DNA of 63,984 bases, counting the filler, from Olpidium bornovanus S191 (lineage: Eukaryota > Fungi > Olpidiomycota), in assembly GCA_017911155.1 (NCBI GenBank). It is 27 parts of 27 records of this genome, joined end to end, with 100 filler letters (N's around TTAATTAATTAA, not from the genome) between each part and the next. Parts side by side here need not be neighbours in the genome. Positions count along the whole stretch, not along the records: positions 1 to 5,264 come from JAEFCI010005450.1; positions 5,365 to 8,872 come from JAEFCI010000048.1; positions 8,973 to 10,863 come from JAEFCI010007102.1; 24 more parts are not named here. One strand, 5' to 3'. Made by a program: the position numbers and the translations under genes. Below are positions 1 to 10,963 of this stretch, one piece after another (the stretch's first letter is position 1; the number at the start of each line of letters is the position of its first letter). The notes beneath the pieces are model-generated. The model saw only the letters and a program-made list of their open reading frames with translations. It made no database searches and was not told the DNA's origin.

Positions 1-1180
1 CATGCAGCGGCAAGCTGTTGCGTGACCCGGCGGAAGACAGCTGTGCGCTTGCTGTAAAGCCTTTCCAACACCTGCGGAAGGCGCAGAATTAGCACCTTTA
101 CCTCATCCTCGGTTAGAAACATCGTCCTCTTATGGTTGCAGAGAACGCGGTTAACCTCAGCCTTGAGGAAACACTGTATCACCGTCAGTGATGATCATAA
201 GCAGCTTACGATGTCCGATGCCTTATCTATGGTGAAGGACTGGGAGTTTTTGAATTTCTTGGCGAGGTCGTCAATTTTTCTTTTGACCAGAACCATGCCA
301 CGCAAAATTATCCTGAGGGCGGCATTGTGGTCCCCATTGTACTAGACCGTTGCCAAGAATTAGCCTGTTGTTCCGCAGTCGTGCAGATATCGTTTCTCTA
401 CTCCACTTACATCAATTCGAAGGTGCTTCACCGATGTGGGCGGAGGGGTGGACGCGACTTCATCCAGCCGCCGTGCAGGGATAAGAGATGTGGCTGCGCT
501 TGTTCTTGGGCGGTTTGGCCTTGTGGCAGAAAGGCCAAACATTTCATCGAAGGCTCAATGTGGCCTTGGGGTTGTGTCGGGAAAGGGGGCGCCTGTTAGG
601 GGTGTCTGTACTCATGTTGAGAGGCAGGCGTACGTGGGGGGAGGAGAACTCCTGGGAAGTTTCACTGCTTGGATGGGCGCCAGTTGAAGACGGAACAGAT
701 GACATCTCTGCCAGAATCTCTGGCAGAGTTCCTGGCAGAAACGGGAGGGGGATTGCGGCGGTTGATCGCCGTGGGGAATTGCGGCAGTCCTTTTTCTCGC
801 GCTGCACCCATTCCGCAAACCACTTGGCTGTCACGCGCGTATCATCACGCGCGGAAGGCCTCCCGCAAGCACTCTTTTGTTTCGACCCACGTGTCTGCCC
901 ACCTTTACTGAACTATTCTCGTGGACGGTCAACTTAAAGCACCTCATCAGTTCCGCATCAGACTGCTCCCACTGGCGGACTGTCATTTCAAACAGCCGTA
1001 AATACGCAGAAACATTCTCTTTTTTGAAAAAGCCGTTTTCCTGGGCTACCGCCGTGCGCACCTCGGCCGTGCACATCTGCGCGGGGAGCAGGTATACTTC
1101 TTCCATTCCGCCTGCACGTCCTGCTTCCAGCGCGTTCTCCTCCTTCGCCCACCAGTCCTGCCCAAAAGATCCAGTTGTCG
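1..1180 (-). mobile_element. Degenerate Ty3/gypsy LTR-retrotransposon gag-protease remnant
   Basis: Gag-like FFKKENVSAYLRLFEMTVRQWEQSDAELMRCFKLTV (ORF 831..1304), then after a frame change MTAKWFAEWVQR, then retropepsin-like IDVSGVEKRYLHDCG (ORF 360..542) and FLTEDEVKVLIL near 100-130; in-frame stops and frameshifts. Confidence 0.5.
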
Positions 1181-2589
1181 ACGAAGATGAGCCCTCCCTC
1201 GAGGGGTGGCAGGGCGGCGGAATGGTGAGGGCCCTTGCTGCAAAGACACGGATGCGGGCGGTGCGAGGGACGTTACCCCCTCCCCCCCCTCCTCCAGACA
1301 ACACGCAATGTTCCCTATCGCCCGTACCCCACTGGCTTTGATGGACCCTTCGATGGACAGGTCAGAGCGCTCCCCTTCCTCTCCCCTTTGTCCCCCGTCG
1401 ACAGCCCCGCCTCGTCCCAAGGAGCTCGCCAACGCCGTTCGCAGGCGTCGCGGTCGCAAGGCAGCCGAAGGCGGATGGGTTTTCCCTTTATTGATATTTT
1501 CTTCGTGGAAACGAAATCGGATGAGGGAAAACTGGCACAAGGCTTCGGCGGGGCGTGGCTATGTAAGGGCCGGGCCACATGACCCAGTCGCAGAGGGTGG
1601 GCAGGATCTCCTCCGACAGCGGTCACACACACGCGGCGAACACACGCGCGAGCGTCCGCGCCCGCGCACGTCCGCGCACAAGTCTGCATCCGCGTCCGCA
1701 TTTGCGTCCGCGCCCGCGCATAAATAGAGCCGTTGACCGGCGTAACTTTGGACACTTAGAACCCAGAATCCAGATCCTGTACACAGAAAGAGCTAGACGT
1801 AGTCTTCCAGAGTATTGACACCAGACCACGCTTCCGCGTTCGTCAATAAAGACTTGGTTACAATTATGTAGCAATTATTATACTTACTATGTATTGTATA
1901 CTGTGTACATATGTCTATGCATATTCCTGGATATGTTTGATGCAAACACAGTTAAATGTTAATTCAAAACATATAGATTTTTTTACAGATATAAAGTTTT
2001 TACATTTAATTAATATTTTTATTCATAATTATTATGTTTACTGTATATTATTAGACATGTACATTTCATGTACATTTGTTTGATCAGTATGGATAAGCCA
2101 GTATTATATATTTTGAATACATGGCTAACACAATTCCTAGGTTTGTTCAATGTACACAACGTTTTAACGTTGATTCAAAACACATAATAAAATAATTAGA
2201 GAATAAATATTCGCTAGTCAGTGACGACGTTCTGGCCACCGATGCTGATGCCGAGATCAGCATCTTGGGCCTTTGGGACGTGCGCAACATGATGCGTCTG
2301 GTGACGGTATAATTACCCAAGATTCATGGAAACCCTAGTCAGCCATATTGGCAACAGTTTTCGTGAGCATGAATTCGGTAGAAGCAAAAACGACAGATAC
2401 ATGGCGTGGCCAAGAACGCACACGGGCATGGCGCTGTGCACAGCTTTGAGCTAGGGACAGGACTGCAGAGAACCTAGCCTTGGACGGGCCCACCGCATGT
2501 GGCATGCGCAAGAGAACGTCGCGGACCACAGCTCCGACAGCTTTTTTTTTTAACTCAGCATCACGCACCGACACCTGCGGACAAGAACA

Positions 2590-2790
2590 TGCTTCGGAGC
2601 ATTTACAAAAGTTTCCCCCACAATATCATGGAACGTTTGGCAGAGGCACCTTCCGGAACTTTGTGCTGAAGCTCGATCAATGCTTCCGTCTGGCCCGGAC
2701 CCACGATTAAGATGCAGCTCTCGGCCGCCGGGTGCAGCTCGTGAAAGGCTAAGCTGCAAAGAATTGGGGGTTATCTTTGCGACCGCCGCC
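2590..2790 (+). mobile_element. Possible very degenerate retrotransposon Gag fragment
   Basis: QKFPPQYHGTFGRGTFRNFVLKLDQCFRLARTHD*...LVKG*AAKNW loosely fits the Ty3 Gag pattern P-x-F-x-G...F...L-x-G-x-A-x-x-W; two stops. Confidence 0.25.
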
Positions 2791-4118
2791 CCTCCTGCCA
2801 CGACTGTTTTCGACATTACTTTCTGACCAACGATCTCAAGTCCCACGAAACGACGTCATTGAAGGCGGTGTACGCTTTTATGAAGCCCGAATGTGTCACC
2901 CATTGGCCTTCTACCATTCTGACGCTGCTGGTGATATCGATGACGACGACTATATGAAGTAGAATATATAATATATTCTATGATACATCGCTGGTAGAGC
3001 CTGTACGTACGTGTTCGTTTTGTTCGGGAACCCCACTTGATAATCGGAATCCTTTGTTCCGGTTGACTAAGCAGTGGCGTCGGGCTTCTTCCCCGCGGCT
3101 CACCAGTAGTGGTCGTAGCACGCGCTTCGTGGATATACTCCATTGCGGCAGTTGGAAAACGAGCGCGCAAACGGAAACATCGAACGCAGCAAGAAATGCA
3201 GAAGAAGAAAAGGCGAACGGCGGGAGCCTGATCCACCAGAAACGCGCCGTATAAATCCCGTCAGGGAAGCCCTCGCGCGCTCTCGATCGCACTTCCTGAC
3301 ACAGTGCCTGCAGGGCGCGAAAAATGCCGCGCTGTGCAGGTGGAATCAGCGGGCACCGGCACGAGTCTAAGGTTGCGTGGCCGGCATCGGGGACGTTCAA
3401 CGTTTGTCTCAAAGGGCGTGGAACGGGGAAAGGCAGAGGAGAAGGAAGGGGAGACTCCGTGTTGATGCGAGGGCTCGTTCCGGCGCCCCGATCGGCTGAC
3501 GGCAGCTGAAGCCCTGGACGGCTGCTGCGCGTCGACTGCAACGCGTCCGTCACGCCTGCTGTTGTCGCATCCTGGTGCTCCCGCAAGCTGCCTCGACGTT
3601 TGTGTCTCTGCGTTTCGTGTCCAAACTGGTCACTGCTGAGTGCGCAAGGACCTGGGGGGGGGGGGTTCACCAATGCAGCGCAGGCTTTCCGCAGAGAACG
3701 AACAGAAGCAGAGGCAGCATCAGGCTGTGCGTCACATGTACCGCACGGACAAGAAACACCGTGGCGGCAAAGCTGCTCGGTAAGCAGCGGATAGACATCC
3801 GCCTGAGCCCGAAACGGAACCGGAACACGGTTCCCGTCGAAGAAAACCGGAATCATGTTGCATGGTTGCCACAAGCACGCTCGACAACCAGAGACTGAGA
3901 TCGACGCAACCGCGAGCTGCCGACAATTTAACCGCCGGTACCGCTTGTGGGAAGACGTTTTGTCGAGATGGAATGCTAAATTGCGATTTGCTGGCTTATG
4001 TGGGTGTGCTGGGAAACAGAATAATCCGTCATGCTCTCGGACGATTGCAATTTACAGCTGTCCTTGCACCACTGGGTCATCCAGCACCCGGCGACCTTTC
4101 GCGTCAGCATTTTCCAGG

Positions 4119-5264
4119 TCACTCGGCTTTCCTCTTTTCGAATTTCCGCTTCTCTGCACGGGCACTCATCCGCGCCTTCAATTCCTTAAGCGCCGTCACC
4201 ACCAACGGTACGGAGACCGGGACGAACAGTGGCATGTAGATGGCATACTTGTGCTCGTCCGGGAAGTAGAGCATCGAAACCATCGTCGGGTCAAAGAAGG
4301 CCTTCTCGGCACCCTCAAGCGCGCTCCGCGAAAAAGCAAATGCCTTGAGGGTGGAATTCGCGTGCAGCGCCGCACATGAGAGCTTTAATTCGTTAAGGGT
4401 GCGGATGACCTATTCCCGACACGAAAACAACGTTAGATTGGTAAACATGTTAAGCAAACAAGACAAATCCACGGTGAGCAGGAACCATCGGAAGTTTTCT
4501 CGGGAACTCACCTCGTCGCGGATGTGGTCGAGAACAACCATGTTTCCAATTTGGCGCACCAGCGCGGCAAGGGACTTGATCGTCGCGACGGCGGCCACCA
4601 CGTTTTGCGCGGTGCGCATCCGGAGAACGGCGTCAAACTCCCAGTCGGTGACGCCGCGCTGCGGAGCGTTCTGCACAACCATGGTGACGGGGGCCTTCTG
4701 CCAAAGCAGGCAAGGAAATTAGTTCGGAACACGCACACATCAGGGTGTTCCAGCGTGAATCCAATTCGGCCGTAAAAAAAGGAACATGTATTCTCCAACC
4801 CCATCGCTGGGTTGATACCTTCAAGTCAGTCGCGAAGCCGTCATCGAGAGCGGACACCCCCAACAGGCCTCTGAGCTGCGCAACAAAGACCTGCATGACG
4901 GGCCGCAAATCCTCCACGCCGTAGTGAAATTTCTCATTGCTCTTTCCTGGTGTTGAGGAAAATGACCCCATGGGCGAATTATCGACCACAATTCCGCCCC
5001 AGCGCGGGAGCAGGAACGCGTTACTCGGTACGGGCTTGTCTGAAAGTATAGAAGACCGGGTGATAAATGGACGACACGGCCGGCGGATAAACCGTCGGAC
5101 AATAACGCCCACCCCCGATCCGTGCAAATGGAATGAGTCTCCTACCTGTCGAGTCGACAACCACAAGTGGAGAATTTGCTGCCGACGGCACATAAAGGAC
5201 GAAGTTGAGAGAAGGATCTGACGTCACCGCCGAAGCTAGAAGTAAATAAATACCGCATCGCATG
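4119..5264 (-). CDS. GPI17: GPI transamidase subunit PIG-S/Gpi17, C-terminal exons (5'-truncated)
   Basis: Spliced motifs PSLNFVLYVP, NAFLLPRWGGIVV, VFVAQLRGLLG, WEFDAVLRMRT...TIKSLAALVRQIGNMVV, and AFFDPTMVSMLYFPDEHKYAIYMPLFVP; stop TGA at 4119-4121. Confidence 0.92.
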
Positions 5265-5364
5265 NNNNNNNNNNNNNNNNNNNNNNNNNNNNNNNNNNNN
5301 NNNNNNNNTTAATTAATTAANNNNNNNNNNNNNNNNNNNNNNNNNNNNNNNNNNNNNNNNNNNN
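5265..5364. other. Artificial contig-joining spacer (first of 26 identical spacers)
   Basis: 44 N + TTAATTAATTAA (stops in all six frames) + 44 N; recurs at about 8873, 10864, 12022, 15301, 16471, 17838, 20188, 21980, 23518, 24625, 26204, 28081, 29860, 31545, 33967, 36270, 39020, 41402, 46328, 51451, 52692, 55447, 58977, 60842 and 62399. Confidence 0.99.
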
Positions 5365-5614
5365 CATGGCCCTCCGGGCACGGACCGCATCCTCCACATT
5401 CTCAAAGTTGACGAATCCGCTACAGAATAAATAAAATGCCCCGAGCGGACTTGCCGTTAGCACATCACACGGAGGCAAAACAAAATCACGCGCGCAACTT
5501 ACCCGACTTACCAATCTTTGTGGGTAAGCACTCTGCACGACTCGATCAGCCCAAAAGGAGCGAATATGGCGGCCAGCACAGCCGGACTAGTAGTCGGAGA
5601 TATGTTTCCAACCC
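5365..5614 (-). CDS. RRM domain of a Jsn1/Puf2-type RNA-binding protein (internal fragment, 2 exons)
   Basis: Exon 5614-5512 VGNISPTTSPAVLAAIFAPFGLIESCRVLTHKD, GT..AG intron, exon 5419-5365 CGFVNFENVEDAVRARRAM; matches the ESARVLTHKNCGFVNF signature of fungal PUF+RRM proteins. Confidence 0.8.
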
Positions 5615-5749
5615 CTGGAACGAAGAGAGCAAAACCGGACAGCGCGCGCCAGTCGGCGCGCCGGTCGAGTGAACAGAGAGTCCAAATGCGCGTTTTTGCC
5701 CCCCACCCCCCCCCCCCCCCCCCCACAGCCCCCCCCCCCCCCCCCCCCC

Positions 5750-5782
<33 letters not shown>

Positions 5783-5825
5783 ATAAGGTCCTCCCGGGTC
5801 ATCGGGTTCTCCCGTAAAATACCCT

Positions 5826-6760
5826 TCAGCTTTCCACGGCGTCTTCCACTGGCGATAGAGACCTCGCCCTAAGCATCAGCTCGATGGGTCGGTACCCCGT
5901 GTGTGCGTCATCGTGTGATCCGCCCAGAGTGCGAAAAGAAAGAGACCCACCCATTGCCTCAAGCGGAACCTCGAAGCCTTCAAGAGGACACTCACCGTTT
6001 TGTCGGCCTCCGGGCGATAGGCCGCGGTAAGTTGGATGTCCACTCCGAACTGACTGAAGCACTAACTCACCTCTTTGGGCCGCAGTTCTCGCCTGTCCGC
6101 CCGGACCCGGACACAGGGCCCGTACCGCCATAAAATGTCCTCCAGCAAGAATTGGCTCATTCCAGCTCTGTGCTCCTACCCTAGAGCGTGCCCCTTGACG
6201 TAGTTTGATAACCCCTCTCGCATGAGTACTACGTACTGATATACTTGGCACTTCAGCACCTCGATTGAGTCTATGCCACACGAAATGGATAACCTGGGCA
6301 AACGAAGGCCGGAGTTCCTCATGATATCGGCCTCGGGGGAGGGGGGGGGGGGGGGGGAATTTCATTCAGCAAGCAATGAGCCTCGCCGCTCAACCTTAGC
6401 ACCCCCGCGGTCGCCAGAGAAACTGCCCCAATTACGTGGCCAGGCCGTTTCTGCCTACAGCGGGTTGTCTTTCCCACGCTTGACGTCTGTGACCCAACGG
6501 CGACTTGGCGTGTCTGCCGTGCCTCAATTCGAAAGCATCATGAGTGGCGGCCGGCTGTCCGTCTCCACGACAAAGTATGGCCCAAGCACATGTTGTCATT
6601 CCATGCGAAGGGCTGGTTTCCGGCGGGCGATCCATGAATGCCAGATTCACACATTCCAAAGGATCAAAACTTCTCCAGTGGGTTTGCAAAAAGGTAGGTT
6701 TATTGACACATCCACGGGGACAAATCCTTTATTTCCGTCGCAAACCCTGCTTTGCCATTG
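5826..6760 (-). mobile_element. Degenerate Ty3/gypsy pol remnant (integrase core; weaker RT-connection/RNase H traces)
   Basis: Across frames ILWRYGPCVRVRADRRELRPKEVS*CFSQFGVDIQLTAAYRPEA...FALWADHT...TGYRPIELML...PVE gives a clear rve integrase core; upstream QPFAWND and PYFVVETD are weaker. Confidence 0.65.
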
Positions 6761-7198
6761 CCTAGATAAAGTGGTGAGCTCAAGTGTCGCCGCTGGTCGC
6801 AACTGGAGCTGCGGGAAGCAAGAATGGGTCCGTTCTCTACTGAAAACCAGGTGACAATGACCGTGAAAAGTAGGAACAACGATATTCCAGTAAAGATGTG
6901 TGCATAAAAAAAGTGCTCCAGGTCTTTTTTTTTTACATTTTTCTCGATTTGTACCCGCCGGTAGGATCTTGGCATCTTTCCCGGTTAAATTTCTGAAATC
7001 CAATGGGTCTCGTCGTCTTGAAATTGGTTTTTCAACATGCGGAACAAATCACTGCGAGCGCAGTGAACCCTGTGTAGCTCAGCAATCACATGATCACTTC
7101 GTATCTACAAACGAAAGCGTCTGCCGAATAGAAAAGTGCCTGCGCACCGAGGCCGCGAGAATGATTGCTCCTTTGAAGGGGATTTAACGCCCGCTTAG

Positions 7199-8501
7199 TC
7201 AGGTCGTTGCCGAGTACTCCAGTACCTGACCGGAAAAATCCACTCGGAGGGTCAGCAATTACAGGGACGCAGACATTCTGCGGCAGTGGATCTGGCAGCA
7301 GACGGTTTACCGTTTTTGGTTCCAAAAATGCCAACCAATCTGATGTCGCCGTTGGGAGCAAACCCATTGAAGAACATTTGTATACGCCGAACGAGAGCAT
7401 CAACATCTGTACAGCGACAAAGGCCAGCTTGGGCATTAGCAGTGAATAGTGCTTCTTTGCTGGACCCGTCACCTCGAATTTCTCAAAGGCTGGCCGAAAC
7501 AAAAAACAAAAAAAGACAGAGCGCGAGGAAGTTAACGCGGCAGTCCTGCAATAAGTCGCAAAATGTACAAAACTCCTCCGTCACTCGTTTGCCGAACCCA
7601 TCGGCTGTACTGATCTCGACTTCACGTAGCAGTTCAGAGGACTTCAAAAAAGCGGCGAAAGGCTCGGCAATTCTGCCTACTTGCGTTGACGTTCTGCAGA
7701 GCCTTGAGAGGTTGAAAAAACATCATGGCCGTAATCATGATGCTAAAAATCTGGACCCCGCTGCCGGCCATCCACAACATGAAGGCGTTCATGGGAATTC
7801 CCTTCGCCGCGCCCAAGGCGACGTCCCAGGCTTTCTGAAGGCGGAGATCATTGATGTAATAAGTTTTTTGGAAACCACGTCCGGACAACCTCGGTCAGGT
7901 ATTGAACGTCAGTTTTCGAAAGATAGGCCGGCAATCGTCGTTTTGACATTTTCAGAACCTTCATCTTCAGGTTCGCGTTCGGATCGTCGCCTCCATGCCC
8001 CGCGGAGCCATTTAATTTCTGGAAATCGGGTTGTTCCGCGAGAAAAAAAAAAGCAAAGCAAAAATGGAGAAAGGTCAGCAACAAGACCGAGAAACTCCCA
8101 ATGTTGCAAGACGTCGTTCCCATAAAGGGGGGAAAGGAGAGAGAAAGAGAGAGAAGCGGCGGCCGGCGCGGCTACCGACCTGTAACTTGGTGTTCGCGTT
8201 GGGCGCGTACGACGACGCGGAGAAGCCCGGCGGGTCGAGGCTGTTGGTCACGGTGGTCCGGCTGTTCGGCCTGGAGCGCCGCGCGTGGGGGACGGGGGGT
8301 GGCAGCAGGGCGGGGGACGGCAGCAGGGGAAAACGCGGTGAACCGGACGCGGAAGACCGACGCGGCGTTTTTTTTTTTCCGTTGCGTTCCGCGTCTCGTG
8401 CTCTCCCCCCCGCCTTTTTTTCCGCCGCTTCGCTACCTCGAGACCTCGAGCGAAGCGAAGTCGAGGGTGAACGTGGCGCTGGCTGGCTTTCTGGACGCCA
8501 T
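7199..8501 (-). CDS. EMC4: ER membrane protein complex subunit 4 (complete, about 6 exons)
   Basis: Assembled MASRKPASATFTLDFASLEVSR / ...LDPPGF... / ...NLKMK / KAWDVALGAAKGIPMNAFMLWMAGSGVQIFSIM... / ...YKCSSMGLLPTATSDWLAFLEPKT / VLEYSATT*; GT-AG introns. Confidence 0.93.
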
Positions 8502-8599
8502 GGTTGCGTCGGGGCGCACCCGTCTTGGGGAGGTTACAGTTGGTCTGCGTTGTCGCGCGCCAGCCGGGGTGTGGGGAGAGGAGAGAGCAAAGGGCGGGG

Positions 8600-8633
<34 letters not shown>

Positions 8634-9506
8634 GGGCCCCCCCCCCCCCCCCCCTCCCCCCCCCCCCCCCCCCCCCCCCCCCTCTCACCTTCTGACAGCG
8701 ACGCCGCCATCTCTCAGGCCCGCGTGTTTCGTTCGCGAGAGCTGTCTTTGGCGTGGCGACCGCGGAGGTCGGGGTAAGGGGTGTGCGGGGTGGCGCCTGA
8801 CTTTCTTTTTTTTTTTTTTTTTTTTTTTTTCCCCCCCCTTTCCCCCCCCCCCCCCCCCCCCCCGCGCCGGCGNNNNNNNNNNNNNNNNNNNNNNNNNNNN
8901 NNNNNNNNNNNNNNNNTTAATTAATTAANNNNNNNNNNNNNNNNNNNNNNNNNNNNNNNNNNNNNNNNNNNNAATGAACGGGAGGTGTGGCGCTGGAGGG
9001 GGGATAAGAGGCGTGAAAGGCGTGGGCGTCCAACAGACAATTCGCATTTTAGATTTCTAGTCTGGAAGGGCAACGGTACCGTACGTGTCCATGGAGTCCG
9101 TATTTGAGCTAACCCCGCTCAGTTCGGGGGAGCTGAGATTTGGGGGGCGTCGGTTATGCGACGAGGGGAGACCAGATTTCGCACAGAGAGCGGGGGAGAG
9201 GGGGGGGGGGGGGGAGGGGGGAAAGAGGGGATGGGCAGACGCGCTCCCGCAGTGCCACGCGCTCCGCGTGAGAGGGAACGTTCGCACCGCCCACCACCCT
9301 TTCGCCCGTACCGCGGTCACTCGTTCGACCCGCCGCGGCCCTCGTGCGGTTTCGGCGCCGCAGGTCCGCCGCCCGTGCACGGAAACAGCGCGTCCCGCCC
9401 CCTCCCCCCCCTTTTCTCCGCCTTGGCTTTCGGCAGCGCCGATTTGCGGCGTCGGTCCCTGGTTTAATCGCGCGCGCGCGCCGACCTCCCCTGACGGGGC
9501 GTACCG

Positions 9507-10863
9507 ATGCTGTCGGACGGGCCGTTTGACCCCGTGGCGGGCGGCGGGGGCGGCGGGAACCCGCCGGCGCCGCGCCGCTTCTCCGGGACGCGGGCGGCGC
9601 CGGCGGGGCCCGGGCCGGCCTGCCCCCTAAGCGTCGAGCTGGCGAGCGAACTCCTGAACGTCTCCGACGCGTCGCTGGAGTCCAGGGCGTACCTCGTGGA
9701 GTTCGTGCTGCCGACGCTGGTAGTCGGCCTGGAGAAGCTGCTCGTGGAAGTGGAGCGGAGGGACGTCGACCTGGCCGACGCCGGCAACGGCGCCGACGCC
9801 CCGGCCGGGCGCTCGCGGCTCGTCGCCGCGAGCCCTTTGCAGGGCGTCAGCGTCGGGGTAGGCGGGTTCGGCCCGGAAAACGTTCCGTTCGAGCCCGTCA
9901 ATTTCCTCGCGCAATGGCTCTACAGGAACAACCCGCGGTTCGCGGCCTTCGGAGGGAGCTCGCCGTACCTGAAGCAGCTAGGCCTGGTCGCCGCGGAGCT
10001 CAAGAACAGGATGTTTGCCCTCGAAGAGAGCCGGAGGGCGAAGGTGAAGGCGGACGCCACGGCAAAAGCCGCCGAGCAGGAGCGTAAGCAGCAGCAGCTC
10101 CTCCAGCGGCAGCTGGAGAAGCGCAGGATGTGCGAGGACCTGCTGGCGACCGTCTACCGCAAATGGTGCAACAAACTCTGGAGAGCGGCTCCCGGCTTCG
10201 TGACCCACCGTGAGCTCGTACGTTAACCCTCCGTCCGTGTTTGAGCCCAAGGGTTGGCCGGTGATGCGTCCTTGCACTTTGAAGGGCCGCTCTCACTCCG
10301 AGGCCCCGTACCGCCCGTCTATTAGGTGCGCGGCCTGGAGGACGCCCAAGCGTCAGATCAAACGGCGGAGGAATCGCTGCGCTCGAAAGTGACGGACCTG
10401 TGCTCAGCGGTCCGACAAGCGGACGGCGAAAAGAAGTTGGACAGTGCCGGCCTGCAGGAGCTGCTGATCCCGCACCTTGAAAAGTTCTCGGCCGACGAGG
10501 TGCAGCGGCTCTTGGCGGGCCTGTCGGCCATTGTCGACCTCGCCGGCGACGCCCTCAAAGCGGAGTTCGACTCGATCTTCCTGACGCCGGTGCTGTCGCT
10601 CGACGAGGAGTACGCGACCGGGGACCTCGCGGTCTTCAAGCGCCAGCTGCGGGCGGCGGCCCGAGAATTCGCCGGGTCGGACGCCGCGCAGGAAGTTCCG
10701 GACGCCGCCGGCGTCGCCGCCGCGGTCGACGAGTTCTGCTTTCCGGAGCCCGGCGAGGGCCCCGAGCCCGGGGAAGCGGCCTCGCAGGGCCCGGAGCTCG
10801 TGGAAATGGAGTTCAGCAGGTTCTGCAAAAGGCTGGTCGGCCAGCACGGGATCTGCGCCATGG
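9507..10863 (+). CDS. EFCAB5: EFCAB5-like protein with N-terminal DPY30/RIIa-like docking motif (3'-truncated)
   Basis: SLESRAYLVEFVLPTLVVGLEKLLVEVERR...FEPVNFLAQWLYRNNPRF followed by coiled coil; GT-AG intron at about 10218-10325; second exon open to the contig end. Confidence 0.7.
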
Positions 10864-10963
10864 NNNNNNNNNNNNNNNNNNNNNNNNNNNNNNNNNNNNN
10901 NNNNNNNTTAATTAATTAANNNNNNNNNNNNNNNNNNNNNNNNNNNNNNNNNNNNNNNNNNNN

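Noticed and set aside
5309-5320. TTAATTAATTAA palindrome recurring about every 2 kb
   Set aside because: Always centred in identical 100-bp N spacers; an artificial six-frame stop linker, not a biological repeat or CRISPR.
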